From positions 1-64,000 of IMG/VR virus record IMGVR_UViG_2698537050_000003: DNA of 64,000 nt; one strand, given 5' to 3'. This document shows, piece after piece, positions 18,903 through 28,620 of this stretch. Source of the DNA: a virus. Taxonomy: Duplodnaviria; Caudoviricetes. Under the pieces are notes generated by a model. It was not told where the DNA came from. It searched no databases and worked only from the letters and a program-made list of their open reading frames with translations. The position numbers and the translations under genes are program-made. How positions within the stretch are numbered: position 1 is the stretch's first letter; each line of letters begins with the position of its first letter.

Positions 18903-19829
18903 ATGATTCACGATCCCGGTCGACGCCTCGCCGACGTCAAATATCGCTCATCAGAGGAGATCTTGACGCATCCGTGTTTCGTGCCGGCGCGAAACGCGTT
19001 TGTTGACGCGGTGCTCGCCCTTTACGCGGGAGATCCGTTTCTGACCCGGCTGATTCTTGAGGCCGGACGCTTCGTCACCTTTGCCAACATCATGTGCCTG
19101 CACGCCCGTTATGACGAAGCCGATCGGTCGACTTGGCCGACCATAGGCCGGCTCAACGAATCGATGCTTCAATTCGGGCTGTCCAGCCCTCGCCGTGTGG
19201 AGGCGCTCGTAGCCCGCCTCGTGCATAGCGGATTTCTTGAAATGGTCCCCTCAAGGCAGGATCGTCGTGTACGCATCCTCACCCCTACCCAGCGGATGAT
19301 TGACCACGATCTGGACTGGCTGGCCGCGCACTATCTGCCGTTGCATATCCTGTTCCCCGACGCTGGATTTGCACCGATGGTTCAACGTGATCGGGCGTTT
19401 CAATTGGCCCAGCGATTGGCCTCAATCGATTTCTTTGGCCACGGCGCCCACATTCTGGCAAGCAATCCGGGGGTCATGCTGTTCATGAGCCGCGATGCCG
19501 GCATGCTGATCCTGATCAAGTTGATCCAGATGACACACGCTGCCACGAACGAATCCCGGACGGGCCTTTCCTACACAAACATCGGTGCGCTGTTCGGGGT
19601 ATCGCGGACGCATGTGCGCGAAATTTTGCTCGAGGCCGAACGCGCCGGCTTCGTTCAGCTGTCCGGCCGCGGAGGGCAATTGGTTCAGCTCACGCCTGCC
19701 GTGATACAGGCCTTCGACCATTTCATCGCCGATAGCCTATCCGGACTCGATCTGATGTTTCAGATCGCATTGAAAACAATGGCGAGCAAAAAGCCTTCCA
19801 CACACGACACCGCGTCGCCGCCACGCTGA
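18903..19829 (+). CDS. Tandem winged-HTH (MarR-like) putative regulator
   Basis: SSPRRVEALVARL..SGFL...DRRVRILTPT and IGALFGVSRTHVREIL..AERAGFV wHTH motifs; divergent from PEP-CTERM pair. Confidence 0.7.
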   Translation: MIHDPGRRLADVKYRSSEEILTHPCFVPARNAFVDAVLALYAGDPFLTRLILEAGRFVTFANIMCLHARYDEADRSTWPTIGRLNESMLQFGLSSPRRVEALVARLVHSGFLEMVPSRQDRRVRILTPTQRMIDHDLDWLAAHYLPLHILFPDAGFAPMVQRDRAFQLAQRLASIDFFGHGAHILASNPGVMLFMSRDAGMLILIKLIQMTHAATNESRTGLSYTNIGALFGVSRTHVREILLEAERAGFVQLSGRGGQLVQLTPAVIQAFDHFIADSLSGLDLMFQIALKTMASKKPSTHDTASPPR

Positions 19830-19879
19830 CCAAAACGAGCGCAACGGCGCTTATGCGTCGCAGCAAACCGCTCCTGCTC

Positions 19880-19960
19880 ATGTCGCAGTTGGGTCATTCG
19901 CGACCGGGTCGAGCCAGCCTCAAGTCCGGCCATGTCTGCTATGCCGCCGAAAGCGGAAGT
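19880..19960. repeat. Palindromic intergenic repeat, related (family B)
   Basis: ATGTCGCAGTTGGGTCA...ATGTCTGCTATGCCGCCGAAAGCGGAAGT; similar to 37064 and 39911. Confidence 0.55.
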
Positions 19961-20068
19961 AAATTCAGAGAACTAGCGGCTCCGCAACGGCCGTTGCGGG
20001 TTGATTGGTACGGCCATGGACATGATTCAAGCTCCGAAACCGGCGCCTCGGATCATGCGCTATGAACT
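19961..20068 (+). pseudogene. IS5-family transposase 5' remnant
   Basis: MIQAPKPAPRIMRYEL matches the N-terminus of rhizobial IS5 transposases as recalled; truncated just before the tube RBS. Confidence 0.5.
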
Positions 20069-20091
20069 TAAAGCAAAAGGAGGACTGAGCA

Positions 20092-20457
20092 ATGGCACAG
20101 AGAATTGCGGGCATCGCCTTCCTGACCGTGGATGGCGATCAACTGGCGCTGCGCGGCAACTTCACCGTCAGCCCGTCGCCTGTCGAGCGAACCATGATCG
20201 CGGGGCAGGACGGCGTGCATGGCTATCAGGAGTTGCCGCGCGTGCCCTACATCGAGGGCGATCTGTCAACGGTGCCCGGTCTCTCGCTGGAGACCTTGCT
20301 TGCCGAGACCGACGTTACCGTGGTCGCGCAGCTCGCCAACAAGATGCAGTACGTGCTGACCAGCGCGACCTGCAAGGGCGGCTTCGAGAACAACACCCGT
20401 GATGGTCAGGTTCGCGTGCGCTGGGAAGGCCTGACCTGTGAGGAGATGAGTCTGTGA
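20092..20457 (+). CDS. Tail tube protein (Mu gpM-like)
   Basis: RIAGIAFLTVDG.QL.L.G, GQDGVHGYQE.PRVPYIE; AAGGAGG RBS. Confidence 0.92.
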   Translation: MAQRIAGIAFLTVDGDQLALRGNFTVSPSPVERTMIAGQDGVHGYQELPRVPYIEGDLSTVPGLSLETLLAETDVTVVAQLANKMQYVLTSATCKGGFENNTRDGQVRVRWEGLTCEEMSL

Positions 20458-20897
20458 ATATCAATCCAAAACGCGAAGGCTTCATCGAGGACAAGCCGCC
20501 GCTGGAGCATGAACCGGCACCAGCGCCTGCGGGCACCAAGCGCGCGGCACCGCCGCCCGAGATCGAGCCGTCCCCGGCAGACCTGCCACCGCTTGAGCAG
20601 GATGACGAATGGCCGATGCTCGTTGTGCTGAAGAAACCGATCCGCAACAATCGCGGCGAGGAGATCAAGGAGGTTTCGCTGCGCGAGCCGCGCGCTGGCG
20701 ACATCAACCGCTATGGCAATCCGGTGCGCTTCAACAAGGAGGGCGACATCGTCCACGACGAGCGCAAGATGACGTACATGATCGCCGCGCTGTCGGGCAT
20801 CCTCCCGCCGTTCATCGAGGAGATGCATCCGCGCGACTGGAACACCTGCGCCTATAAGCTGACCCGTTTTTTTCTTCCCGATCCAGCGGTCTGGTAG
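20454..20897 (+). CDS. Tail assembly chaperone (FluMu gp41-like)
   Basis: LKKPI...EVSLREPRAGD...IAALSG....IEEM..RDW. Confidence 0.85.
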   Translation: MNINPKREGFIEDKPPLEHEPAPAPAGTKRAAPPPEIEPSPADLPPLEQDDEWPMLVVLKKPIRNNRGEEIKEVSLREPRAGDINRYGNPVRFNKEGDIVHDERKMTYMIAALSGILPPFIEEMHPRDWNTCAYKLTRFFLPDPAVW

Positions 20898-21061
20898 GCA
20901 GCGAGCAGGACATCATCCTCGACTGCTATCGATTGGCGCGCTGGTATCACGTCAGCCCTGAAGTGTTTTTGTCGATGACGATCAGCGAGGTCGGGCTGCA
21001 TGTGCAACGCACATGGGAGTGCCAGCAGGCTCAGAAGGCAGCAACCAGCGATGACGAATAA
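20867..21061 (+). other. Programmed -1 frameshift site and chaperone extension (gpGT/gpE'-like)
   Basis: T TTT TTT at 20867-73; -1 frame reads SSRSSGLVGSEQDIILDCYRLARWYHVSPEVFLSMTISEV...DDE, stop overlaps tape measure ATG (TAATG). Confidence 0.8.
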
Positions 21062-23376
21062 TGGCCACTGAACAGGAAGAGCTGCGCTTAACCGTCACGC
21101 TGGCGGACAACGCTTCCGCTGGGCTGGAAAAGCTGCAGGCGCAGATCAAGGAACTCGGCGGCGGCGGCGGCGCGGGCGGCAACAAGCACATCGAAAAACT
21201 GAACGAAGGGACCAAGGCTCTCACCGAAACCGTCATGAAGATGACCGGCAGCTTCGGCGAGGCATTCAAGAGTCTCGGCATGCTGCGCCTCGGCTTCATC
21301 GGCGGCGTGGCTGGCGTTGCGGCCTTCGGTTACGAGATGGCGAAGCAGCTCAAAGACCTCGGCGAGTATACTGACAAGCTGCGCAACATCGGACAGATAG
21401 GAAAGAACATCGGCGTTGATCGTGTCGCGATCAAAAATATTGCCGACCAGCTCGCCGTGTACGGCGTCAGCCTCGACCAGACCACTGCGAGCGCCATAAA
21501 GTTTGCAGAAAAAATGGCCGAGCTGCAGCGCGATCCCAGAGCCAGGCTGGGCATCCTGCAGCAGACCGATCCGCGCCATGCGGCGGACATGAATGCAAGG
21601 ATCGACGCGCTCAACAGGGCCACGCAGATCGAGGACAAGCTGAACATCGTTCGCCAGATTGGCGAGGATGTGCGCCGCAACGCCAGAGCGCGCGGCGAGA
21701 GCGAAGAGCGCGCCGCCGACGAAGCGCGCCAAGCCAGAGCACTGTTCGGTTACGATCAAGAGCTGTCCTATGCGGGCGAACTCAAAAAACGAAATGCCGA
21801 GCAAAAGACAGCCGACGATGCGCGCAATGCTGCTGCCGATCACTACTCCGAGACGCTCGGCAAAATAAAGGGCCTGCTGGAGGACATCTCCAATATTCAG
21901 TCGAGCAGGCTAGTGAACTGGTTTACGCCAGCCGCTGAACAGTTCGAGCGAATCCTGGGCCACCTCAAGGAAGGGATCGAGGGCGCGATGGCCGAGCCGG
22001 GCGGCGCGCGTGGATTCTATCAGCGACTGTTGAAGGAGCGCGAGGAGCGACAGCCGCATTCGTTTGAAGACCGATGGCCTCGCGAGGAGGAGCAACTCAA
22101 GCCTTGGCAGCCGGGTGGCGTGCAAAAGCAGAGCTATCGCGGCATGGGCATCGACGGCAGCCTGCTGCATCAGACGGCGTTTGTCACCGAAGACCACAAG
22201 AAGGGCGTTGACGCCAACACCGAGCAGCTCAAGCGATTGAACGATCTGCTGATGCAGGCGATGGGTCTGAGCGGCAGCGCTGCCGGTGGCGGCGGTTTCC
22301 AGAACGCTGCGCTGGCGACTGGCGGGCCTTTCGGTGGCGGCGGCCTTGCAGGGCGCGGCACCATACCGCGCGGCTTCGGCGGCGGCGGCTATGCCAATCT
22401 CGGCACCACCTACGGTGGGGCTGCCGCTGCTGTTGGCGCTGGCGTAGACAGTGGCGCAGCCCGCAGCGGCCCCACACCGCGCGGCGGCGGTGGTGGCGGC
22501 GGCGGTCCTGCTGCTGCTGCTGGCGTTGATGGTGGCGCGGCCCGCACACCGCGCATGTCGCAGAGCAGACGCGAGGTAGCGCAGATCGCCGCGGGAGCGT
22601 TGCGCGCTGGCGGCATGTCGGAGAACATGGTCGCGGGCATCTTCGCCAACGTCGCCGACGAGAGTTCGTTCAACCCCAATCTGCGCCATCCCGATCAGCC
22701 GAAGTTCGGCGGCGAAGCCCACTTCGCGCATGGCCTTTACCAGGAGGGCGGCACCGAGTGGAATAACTACGCGGCATGGATCGCGAAGAATCATCCCGAT
22801 GGCAACTGGCGCGATCCGAAGCTGCAGAGTGACTTCCTCGCCGAGAATCTGAAGAAGAACTATCCCGGCACATGGAAGCGGATGCAGGCCGCGAGATCAC
22901 CCGGCGAAGCCGGATCGATCTTCGTCAACGAATATCTGAAGCCAGCCGCAGGCTACCGCATCAGTCGCAGCAACAAGTATCTGCGCGGCGTCCCCGGCGT
23001 GAGCGCCTATACGGGTGCCGATCAAATCACGTCAGCAGCTCCGACGGTACCGTCCTCGCCACAGACCGCTGCTGATCAGCCTGCACCATCCACGCTGACA
23101 CCGGAGCAGCTCCGTGCCTACGGCGAGCGCAGGCTGATGAACCAGCCGGGCGATCTGACAAGGGAGAACCTGCTCGCGCACGCGCGGCGAAGCATGGATG
23201 CCGAACAGAACGCCGCCACCAAGGTCGAGGGCAACGCCAAGATCAGGGTCGATGTCAACGCGCCGAAGGGTACCAATGTCGGGGCCGAGGCCAGCGGCCT
23301 GTTCAGCACCGTCGAGACCTATCGCCAGACCCAGATGGCTCCCGCAAATCGCGGGCCGCCTGCGGAGACGCCATGA
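21061..23376 (+). CDS. Tape measure protein with phage tail lysozyme-like domain
   Basis: Helical N-half, Gly-rich linker, AGIFANVADESSFNP...AHGLYQ lysozyme-like motif; position. Confidence 0.85.
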   Translation: MATEQEELRLTVTLADNASAGLEKLQAQIKELGGGGGAGGNKHIEKLNEGTKALTETVMKMTGSFGEAFKSLGMLRLGFIGGVAGVAAFGYEMAKQLKDLGEYTDKLRNIGQIGKNIGVDRVAIKNIADQLAVYGVSLDQTTASAIKFAEKMAELQRDPRARLGILQQTDPRHAADMNARIDALNRATQIEDKLNIVRQIGEDVRRNARARGESEERAADEARQARALFGYDQELSYAGELKKRNAEQKTADDARNAAADHYSETLGKIKGLLEDISNIQSSRLVNWFTPAAEQFERILGHLKEGIEGAMAEPGGARGFYQRLLKEREERQPHSFEDRWPREEEQLKPWQPGGVQKQSYRGMGIDGSLLHQTAFVTEDHKKGVDANTEQLKRLNDLLMQAMGLSGSAAGGGGFQNAALATGGPFGGGGLAGRGTIPRGFGGGGYANLGTTYGGAAAAVGAGVDSGAARSGPTPRGGGGGGGGPAAAAGVDGGAARTPRMSQSRREVAQIAAGALRAGGMSENMVAGIFANVADESSFNPNLRHPDQPKFGGEAHFAHGLYQEGGTEWNNYAAWIAKNHPDGNWRDPKLQSDFLAENLKKNYPGTWKRMQAARSPGEAGSIFVNEYLKPAAGYRISRSNKYLRGVPGVSAYTGADQITSAAPTVPSSPQTAADQPAPSTLTPEQLRAYGERRLMNQPGDLTRENLLAHARRSMDAEQNAATKVEGNAKIRVDVNAPKGTNVGAEASGLFSTVETYRQTQMAPANRGPPAETP

Positions 23377-23942
23377 CCAATATCTTCGATCTGCCAGCAG
23401 TATGGCGCGCGAGGATGATGCCAGCCTCGTTCAACGGGGCGCGCTTCCACTGCGAGAGCAATGCGCGCGAGAGCGGGCGCAGGATTGTCGAGCATCAGTT
23501 TCCAAAAAACGATTTGCCCTATGCCGAGGACATGGGCCGCGCCGCGCGGGAGTTCACCATTCGCGGCTACTGCATCGTCTTCCCGTTCGAAATGGGCGAC
23601 GGTCTTCGGACGCTCGACTACACCGTCGTGCGCGATGCGCTGATTGCCCAGCTTGAAGCCGAAGGCCCCGGCACGCTGCAGCTGCCAACCCAGTCTTCGC
23701 AGCAGGTCGTCTGTCCCCGCTATCGCGTCACCGAGGAAGAGCGCTTCGGCGGCTATTGCACAATCGACATGACGTTTCAGGAGTACGGCCTCGATCCGTC
23801 GCTCGCGGCACCGAGCGTTGCGACAGCGACCGCCGTTGCCGATACCGCCCAGGCAGTCGAGAGTCAGGTGCAGCAGTCGCTCGCGCCACCGGGAACGCCA
23901 TATACAGGGCCGAACCTCGGCCCGCTGCAGCCCGGCCAATGA
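23373..23942 (+). CDS. DNA circularization protein N-terminal domain (Mu gpN-like)
   Basis: W...MMPASFNG..F, GRRIVEHQFP..D.PYAEDMGR, RDALIAQLE..GPGTL. Confidence 0.88.
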   Translation: MTNIFDLPAVWRARMMPASFNGARFHCESNARESGRRIVEHQFPKNDLPYAEDMGRAAREFTIRGYCIVFPFEMGDGLRTLDYTVVRDALIAQLEAEGPGTLQLPTQSSQQVVCPRYRVTEEERFGGYCTIDMTFQEYGLDPSLAAPSVATATAVADTAQAVESQVQQSLAPPGTPYTGPNLGPLQPGQ

Positions 23943-24607
23943 AACGCACCGACGCCACCGAAGCCGCTCCGATTGTGGATCGGATGCTGGCAAACCTGAT
24001 CGCGACCGTTCCGGCCAAAGGCCGCGCGGGATCAGACGCGCGCAGCGCCATCGGCGACACCCGCGCCAATGCGTTCAAGCTGTGCATCGATGATGCGCTC
24101 GGGCCGCCGCTGGTCCACTGCTTCGCTCTGGCGCGGCAGGCTGGCGCGTCCATGCAGCAGATCGACGTGGTGCGTCAGCAGATCGAACAGGAAGCGCCGG
24201 TCACGCTCGGCGGCCAGCTGATACAGAACGCTGGCATCCGGCTTTGCCTTGCCAGCGAGGCGCGCATCATCGCTGGCATGACCTTCGTCAGCCGACAGGA
24301 TGTCGAGGCGATCAAGGCGCAGATGTATCAGCCGTTCTTTGACGCGCAGGAGATCGCCGCCGACGACATGGACCAAGCGACGTTTTCCGCGCTGATCCAT
24401 CTCAATGGCGCAATGGTCAACCATCTCGTGGCGACCGCGCGCCCGCTGCCGCGCATGCTGAACTTCCAGTTCTTCGAGCCGCTGCCGTCGCTCATGATGG
24501 CATACAAACTCTATGATGACGCCTCGCGCTGCGACGAGCTGCGTGAGGAGAACAAGGTCGTGCATCCCGCGTTCTGCCCGCCGACCGGCCAAGCGCTGTC
24601 AGCCTGA
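23939..24607 (+). CDS. Mu gpN C-terminal-like tail protein (separate ORF)
   Basis: PLPSLMMAYKLYDDASR.DEL..ENKVVHPAF.P; ATGA-coupled. Confidence 0.75.
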   Translation: MKRTDATEAAPIVDRMLANLIATVPAKGRAGSDARSAIGDTRANAFKLCIDDALGPPLVHCFALARQAGASMQQIDVVRQQIEQEAPVTLGGQLIQNAGIRLCLASEARIIAGMTFVSRQDVEAIKAQMYQPFFDAQEIAADDMDQATFSALIHLNGAMVNHLVATARPLPRMLNFQFFEPLPSLMMAYKLYDDASRCDELREENKVVHPAFCPPTGQALSA

Positions 24608-24609
24608 TC

Positions 24610-25098
24610 GTGGTCGATCTGCATCGCGTCGAGATCGTCTTCGCCAACGTCCTCAAGATCATGGAAGTCGCCGAGGAGCCGCCGCCACGCGGCCACTCGC
24701 AAGTCAGGATCACGTTCGATGGGTTCGTGATCACAGCAGAAGGTGAGCATGTTATGTACACATTGCCCGTAGACCACACCGTGAAGATGCAGGTCGGCTA
24801 CGTCGATGCAGCAGGCAATCCCGCGACCGTCGATGGCGCGGTCGTCTGGCAGTCGTCGGATGTAAGCATCGTCTCGGTATCTGTCGATCCGACCGACAGC
24901 ACGATCTGCCGCGCCATTCCGGTTGGAAGCCTCGGCCAGGCGCAGATCACTGCGACCGCTGATGCCGATCTCGGCCAAGGCGTGCGAGGGCTGATCACCA
25001 CTTGCGAGATCGAGATCGTCGGTGGCGAAGCGGTGGCCGGTTCGATCCAGCCGGTCGGCGAGCCTGAACCCATCGGACATCCCGAGCCGCGCGGCTGA
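24610..25098 (+). CDS. Ig-like (Big2-type) domain protein (alternative start 24753)
   Basis: DAAGNP...VVWQSSDVSIVSV...GQAQITATAD. Confidence 0.65.
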   Translation: MVDLHRVEIVFANVLKIMEVAEEPPPRGHSQVRITFDGFVITAEGEHVMYTLPVDHTVKMQVGYVDAAGNPATVDGAVVWQSSDVSIVSVSVDPTDSTICRAIPVGSLGQAQITATADADLGQGVRGLITTCEIEIVGGEAVAGSIQPVGEPEPIGHPEPRG

Positions 25099-25104
25099 TG
25101 ATGC

Positions 25105-26178
25105 ATGCCGAAGCCGGAAGAGATCGCCGTTCTTGAGGTCAACGGCAGACAATTCGATGACTGGGAATCGGTTTGGGTGCAGCTGCGGGCGAACGATCCC
25201 TACGCTTATTTCCGCTTCACCGCCGCCGAGCGCGATCCGATCTTCTGTGTCGCCAACGTCTTCCCGCAATGGCAGAAGCTGCAGTTCAAGCCGGGAGACA
25301 GATGCACCATCACGCTGGCTGGCCAGCTCGCCGTCACCGGCATGATCGAGGTGCGGCAGGTTGCCTATGATGCTCACCAGCACGGCGTGATGCTGATCGG
25401 GAAAACCGACACCCACGCGCCCGCCAAATCAAGCGTCGATACCAAGACCGGCAACTTTGACGGCAAGCACATCCAGCAGATCGCGCAGGAAGTGATCGCG
25501 CCATACGGTGTTGGCCTGAAGGTGATCGGCCAGCTCGACCTGACGCCGTTCAAGCATATGCAGAACGAGAAGGGCGAACTGATCTGGGACTTCCTGGAGC
25601 GCATTGCACGGTTTCGCGGCGTCATCATGGGGTCCGACGAGCAAGGCAATTTTCTGCTGATCGGCGATCACAGCTATCAAAAGACCGCCGACCTGATCGA
25701 AGGCGTCAACATCAAGAGCTGCCAATGCACCATCTCGCACGAGCAGACCTATCTGCAGCTCGACGCGCACGGGCAGCAGGAAGGGAGCGACGACACCTCC
25801 GGGCCAGCGAGCAGTGAGCTGACCGCGACGGCGACCGGCAAGGTGGCCACACCCTACACCAAGCTGATCACACCATCCGAGCAGCCGGTTTCGCAGGCTG
25901 AGCTGCAGAAGCGTGCCGACACTGAGAAAAAATGGAGCGACGGCACTGAGGTGCAGGCCAACATCACGGTGCAAGGCTGGCTGCGCGGCGGCACTGCACT
26001 GTGGAAACCGCTTGATGAGGTCTTCGTCAAGTCGCCGATGGCGATGCTGAACGACCAGCTGAAGATTCGCACCGCGACGTTCACGCAGGACAACCAGAAC
26101 GGCACGCAGACGCTGCTCGATCTGGTGATCCCCGGTCTGCTCAACGGAAGCCTGAATCTCGATCCGTCAGGAGGATGA
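25105..26178 (+). CDS. Baseplate hub (Mu gpP/gp44-like)
   Basis: VNGRQFDDWESV, KPGD.C.I.L.G.L.VTG, GELIWDFLERIAR.RG, VQGW....LW. Confidence 0.9.
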   Translation: MPKPEEIAVLEVNGRQFDDWESVWVQLRANDPYAYFRFTAAERDPIFCVANVFPQWQKLQFKPGDRCTITLAGQLAVTGMIEVRQVAYDAHQHGVMLIGKTDTHAPAKSSVDTKTGNFDGKHIQQIAQEVIAPYGVGLKVIGQLDLTPFKHMQNEKGELIWDFLERIARFRGVIMGSDEQGNFLLIGDHSYQKTADLIEGVNIKSCQCTISHEQTYLQLDAHGQQEGSDDTSGPASSELTATATGKVATPYTKLITPSEQPVSQAELQKRADTEKKWSDGTEVQANITVQGWLRGGTALWKPLDEVFVKSPMAMLNDQLKIRTATFTQDNQNGTQTLLDLVIPGLLNGSLNLDPSGG

Positions 26179-26182
26179 AACC

Positions 26183-26980
26183 ATGCATCGCGCCACACCG
26201 CTCAATTCATCGATGCGGGGCTATTGCGGCGGCGGCGCTCGCAGCTGCGTCGATCAGGTCGATGACACCAAGCTGATGCAGGAGATGGCCGGAAACTTCA
26301 TGGCCAACGAGACCCGCAAGGAGATCGAAGCGCCGCAGAACTATGGCTTCAGCAGCGTGGTGTTCGATGCCGAGAAGGGACAGGACGGAAAGATACAGGC
26401 CTGCGCCGAGACCTTCATCGGCTTCATGGGCAGCAACCGATCATTGCCGGTCACCGGCAACATGGATGACCGGCGTCACCGTCTCTACAAGCTGGAGAAG
26501 GGCGACACCGCGATGTTTCGCGGTCGCGGCGACAAGCAGCAATTTCACATGACGCAGGACGGCGGCTTCTGGACCGCGCCGCAGGACAAGACCGTGCGCA
26601 TGCAGCTCGTCCAGCAGGACAGCGAGAGCAATGCGACGGTGCAGCAAGGCGGCGGCTCGGGCAGTTCGGGCGGCGGCGCAGCGCCCGCACTGCGTGACGG
26701 ATCGACCTCGAACGGCTCTTCGGGCAGCGGCCAGCAGAAGCGCGGGCAGCAAGCGCTCTACAAGGACGGCCAGAAATCGCCGCTGTTCGTTGAAGTCACC
26801 AAGGCCAAGACCCGCATCTCGGGCGCGACGGCGCACATGACGCTCGATGACGGCAACACCTACGTTCACTGCAACACCGACAAGAACGTCTATCTCGGAG
26901 CGGAAGCTGGCAAGGGCAGCTTCGACTTTGTGGTGACGCTGTCGGGGCCATGCGTCAACACCAAGGGCAAGATCGGCTGA
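26183..26980 (+). CDS. Baseplate spike (Mu gp45-like)
   Basis: VDD.KLMQE, QNYGFSS, G.NRS, DDRRHR...LEKGD.A. Confidence 0.85.
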   Translation: MHRATPLNSSMRGYCGGGARSCVDQVDDTKLMQEMAGNFMANETRKEIEAPQNYGFSSVVFDAEKGQDGKIQACAETFIGFMGSNRSLPVTGNMDDRRHRLYKLEKGDTAMFRGRGDKQQFHMTQDGGFWTAPQDKTVRMQLVQQDSESNATVQQGGGSGSSGGGAAPALRDGSTSNGSSGSGQQKRGQQALYKDGQKSPLFVEVTKAKTRISGATAHMTLDDGNTYVHCNTDKNVYLGAEAGKGSFDFVVTLSGPCVNTKGKIG

Positions 26981-26984
26981 CACG

Positions 26985-27500
26985 ATGCCGACCTACAATG
27001 TCCCCGATATCCGGCTGGTCCAGAACACCATCTTTCCGAAATACTCGGTCACGCTCGACTGGTCGCTGCTGCCGAACGGCACGCTGGATGACACGCAGGC
27101 GCTGGCCACGGCGGTCTGCGTGGCGCTCGGCACCAATGCGCTGGCAGGCCCGCAGGACGAGCTGCCCGATCCCGACAGCAATGAGCGCTGCGGCTGGTGG
27201 GGCGATCTCGACGCCGAGCTGATCTGGAACGGCTGGCCCATCGGATCGAAGCTGTGGCTGCTGCGCCGCGCCAAGATCAATTCGGCATCGGCCCGCGACG
27301 GTTCGACCTTGATGATGGTCGAGAACTACATCCGCGATGCGATCCAGCCATTCGTTGATCACAAAATCTGCTCCAGCTTCGCGATCTGGACCACGCGCGT
27401 GAACACCCAGCGCATCGATGCGCTGTTGCGGCTCTACCGAGGCCCGCTGCCGCCAGTCGAGCTGGAATATCAAGTGTTATGGGACAACATGGGGCCATAG
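26985..27500 (+). CDS. Mu gp46-like baseplate protein
   Basis: LATAV.VALGT, GWWGD, IGSKLWLLRRAK. Confidence 0.9.
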   Translation: MPTYNVPDIRLVQNTIFPKYSVTLDWSLLPNGTLDDTQALATAVCVALGTNALAGPQDELPDPDSNERCGWWGDLDAELIWNGWPIGSKLWLLRRAKINSASARDGSTLMMVENYIRDAIQPFVDHKICSSFAIWTTRVNTQRIDALLRLYRGPLPPVELEYQVLWDNMGP

Positions 27501-28616
27501 ATGCCGTGGACCACGCCGACGCTGCGCGATGTTCGCTCGCTGGTGCGCGATGCCGTCTGGGCATCGCTGCCGGGGTCCGATGCCAATGTGCCGAACAGTG
27601 TGCTGCGCGTCATGTCCGACAATCAGGGCGCGCTCTGCCATCTGACGCTGCAATATGTTGACTGGCTGTCTCTGCAGCTCTTGCCCGACACCGCCGAGAC
27701 CGAATGGCTCGACCGGCACGGCAACATCTGGCTGGTCAATGCCGACGGCTCGAAGGGCCGCAAGATGGCCACGCTGGCCAGCGGCCCCGCCAGCTTCTTC
27801 GGATTGATCGACGGCACCGTGGTGCCTGCTTTCACGCAGCTGCAGAGTGGCGTCGGCATGCCGGTCGGCGCGGACTCGCCGAACCAGGTGGTGACGTTCG
27901 AGACGCTTGAGGACATCACCACCGCGATTGCCGCGCCGGTCACCGGCAACATCCGCGCACTTGACCCCGGCTCGTTCGGCAATCTGCCGGATGGCTCGAC
28001 GCTGACGATCAATCCGCCAGTCCCCGGCGTCGGCTCGTCGGTGACGGTCATCCACCTGACTGGCGGCACCGACACCGAGACCGATGATCAGCTGCGCGCC
28101 CGCATCCTGCAGCGCATCCGCAACCCACCGATGGGCGGCGCTGCGGCTGACTACGTCGCGTGGGCCTTGGCGGTCCCCGGCGTCACCCGAGCATGGGCCG
28201 CGCCAGAGCAAGGCGTCGGCACCATCACGGTGCGCTTCCTGATGGACGATCTGCGCGCTTCCGACGACGGCTGGCCGACGCCGGAAGATGTCCAGACGGT
28301 GGCCGACTACATCGACAGCAAGCGGCCCGTCACGGTGATGGGCTGCTACGTGCTCGCGCCGATCAAGCAGTTCATCGACATCACTATCGCCAACCTCGTG
28401 CCCAACACCACCGAGGCGCAGGCCGAGATCGAGACGAGCGTGCAGCAGATGCTGTTCCAGATGGCGGCACCGGGCCAGACGATCTATGCGGCATGGGTCT
28501 GCTATGCGATCATGAATGCACCGAGCGTGCAGTCGTTCAGCCTCGTCACCACCGCCGACTATGTGATGCCGTCGCTCGGGCACATGGCCGTGCTCGACAC
28601 CATCCTTTACGAGTGA
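27501..28616 (+). CDS. Baseplate J / Mu gp47-like protein
   Basis: LPDTAE.EWLDRH, GGTD.ETD..LRARIL, PPMGGA.ADY..WAL.VPGVTRAW. Confidence 0.92.
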   Translation: MPWTTPTLRDVRSLVRDAVWASLPGSDANVPNSVLRVMSDNQGALCHLTLQYVDWLSLQLLPDTAETEWLDRHGNIWLVNADGSKGRKMATLASGPASFFGLIDGTVVPAFTQLQSGVGMPVGADSPNQVVTFETLEDITTAIAAPVTGNIRALDPGSFGNLPDGSTLTINPPVPGVGSSVTVIHLTGGTDTETDDQLRARILQRIRNPPMGGAAADYVAWALAVPGVTRAWAAPEQGVGTITVRFLMDDLRASDDGWPTPEDVQTVADYIDSKRPVTVMGCYVLAPIKQFIDITIANLVPNTTEAQAEIETSVQQMLFQMAAPGQTIYAAWVCYAIMNAPSVQSFSLVTTADYVMPSLGHMAVLDTILYE

Positions 28617-28620
28617 TGCC

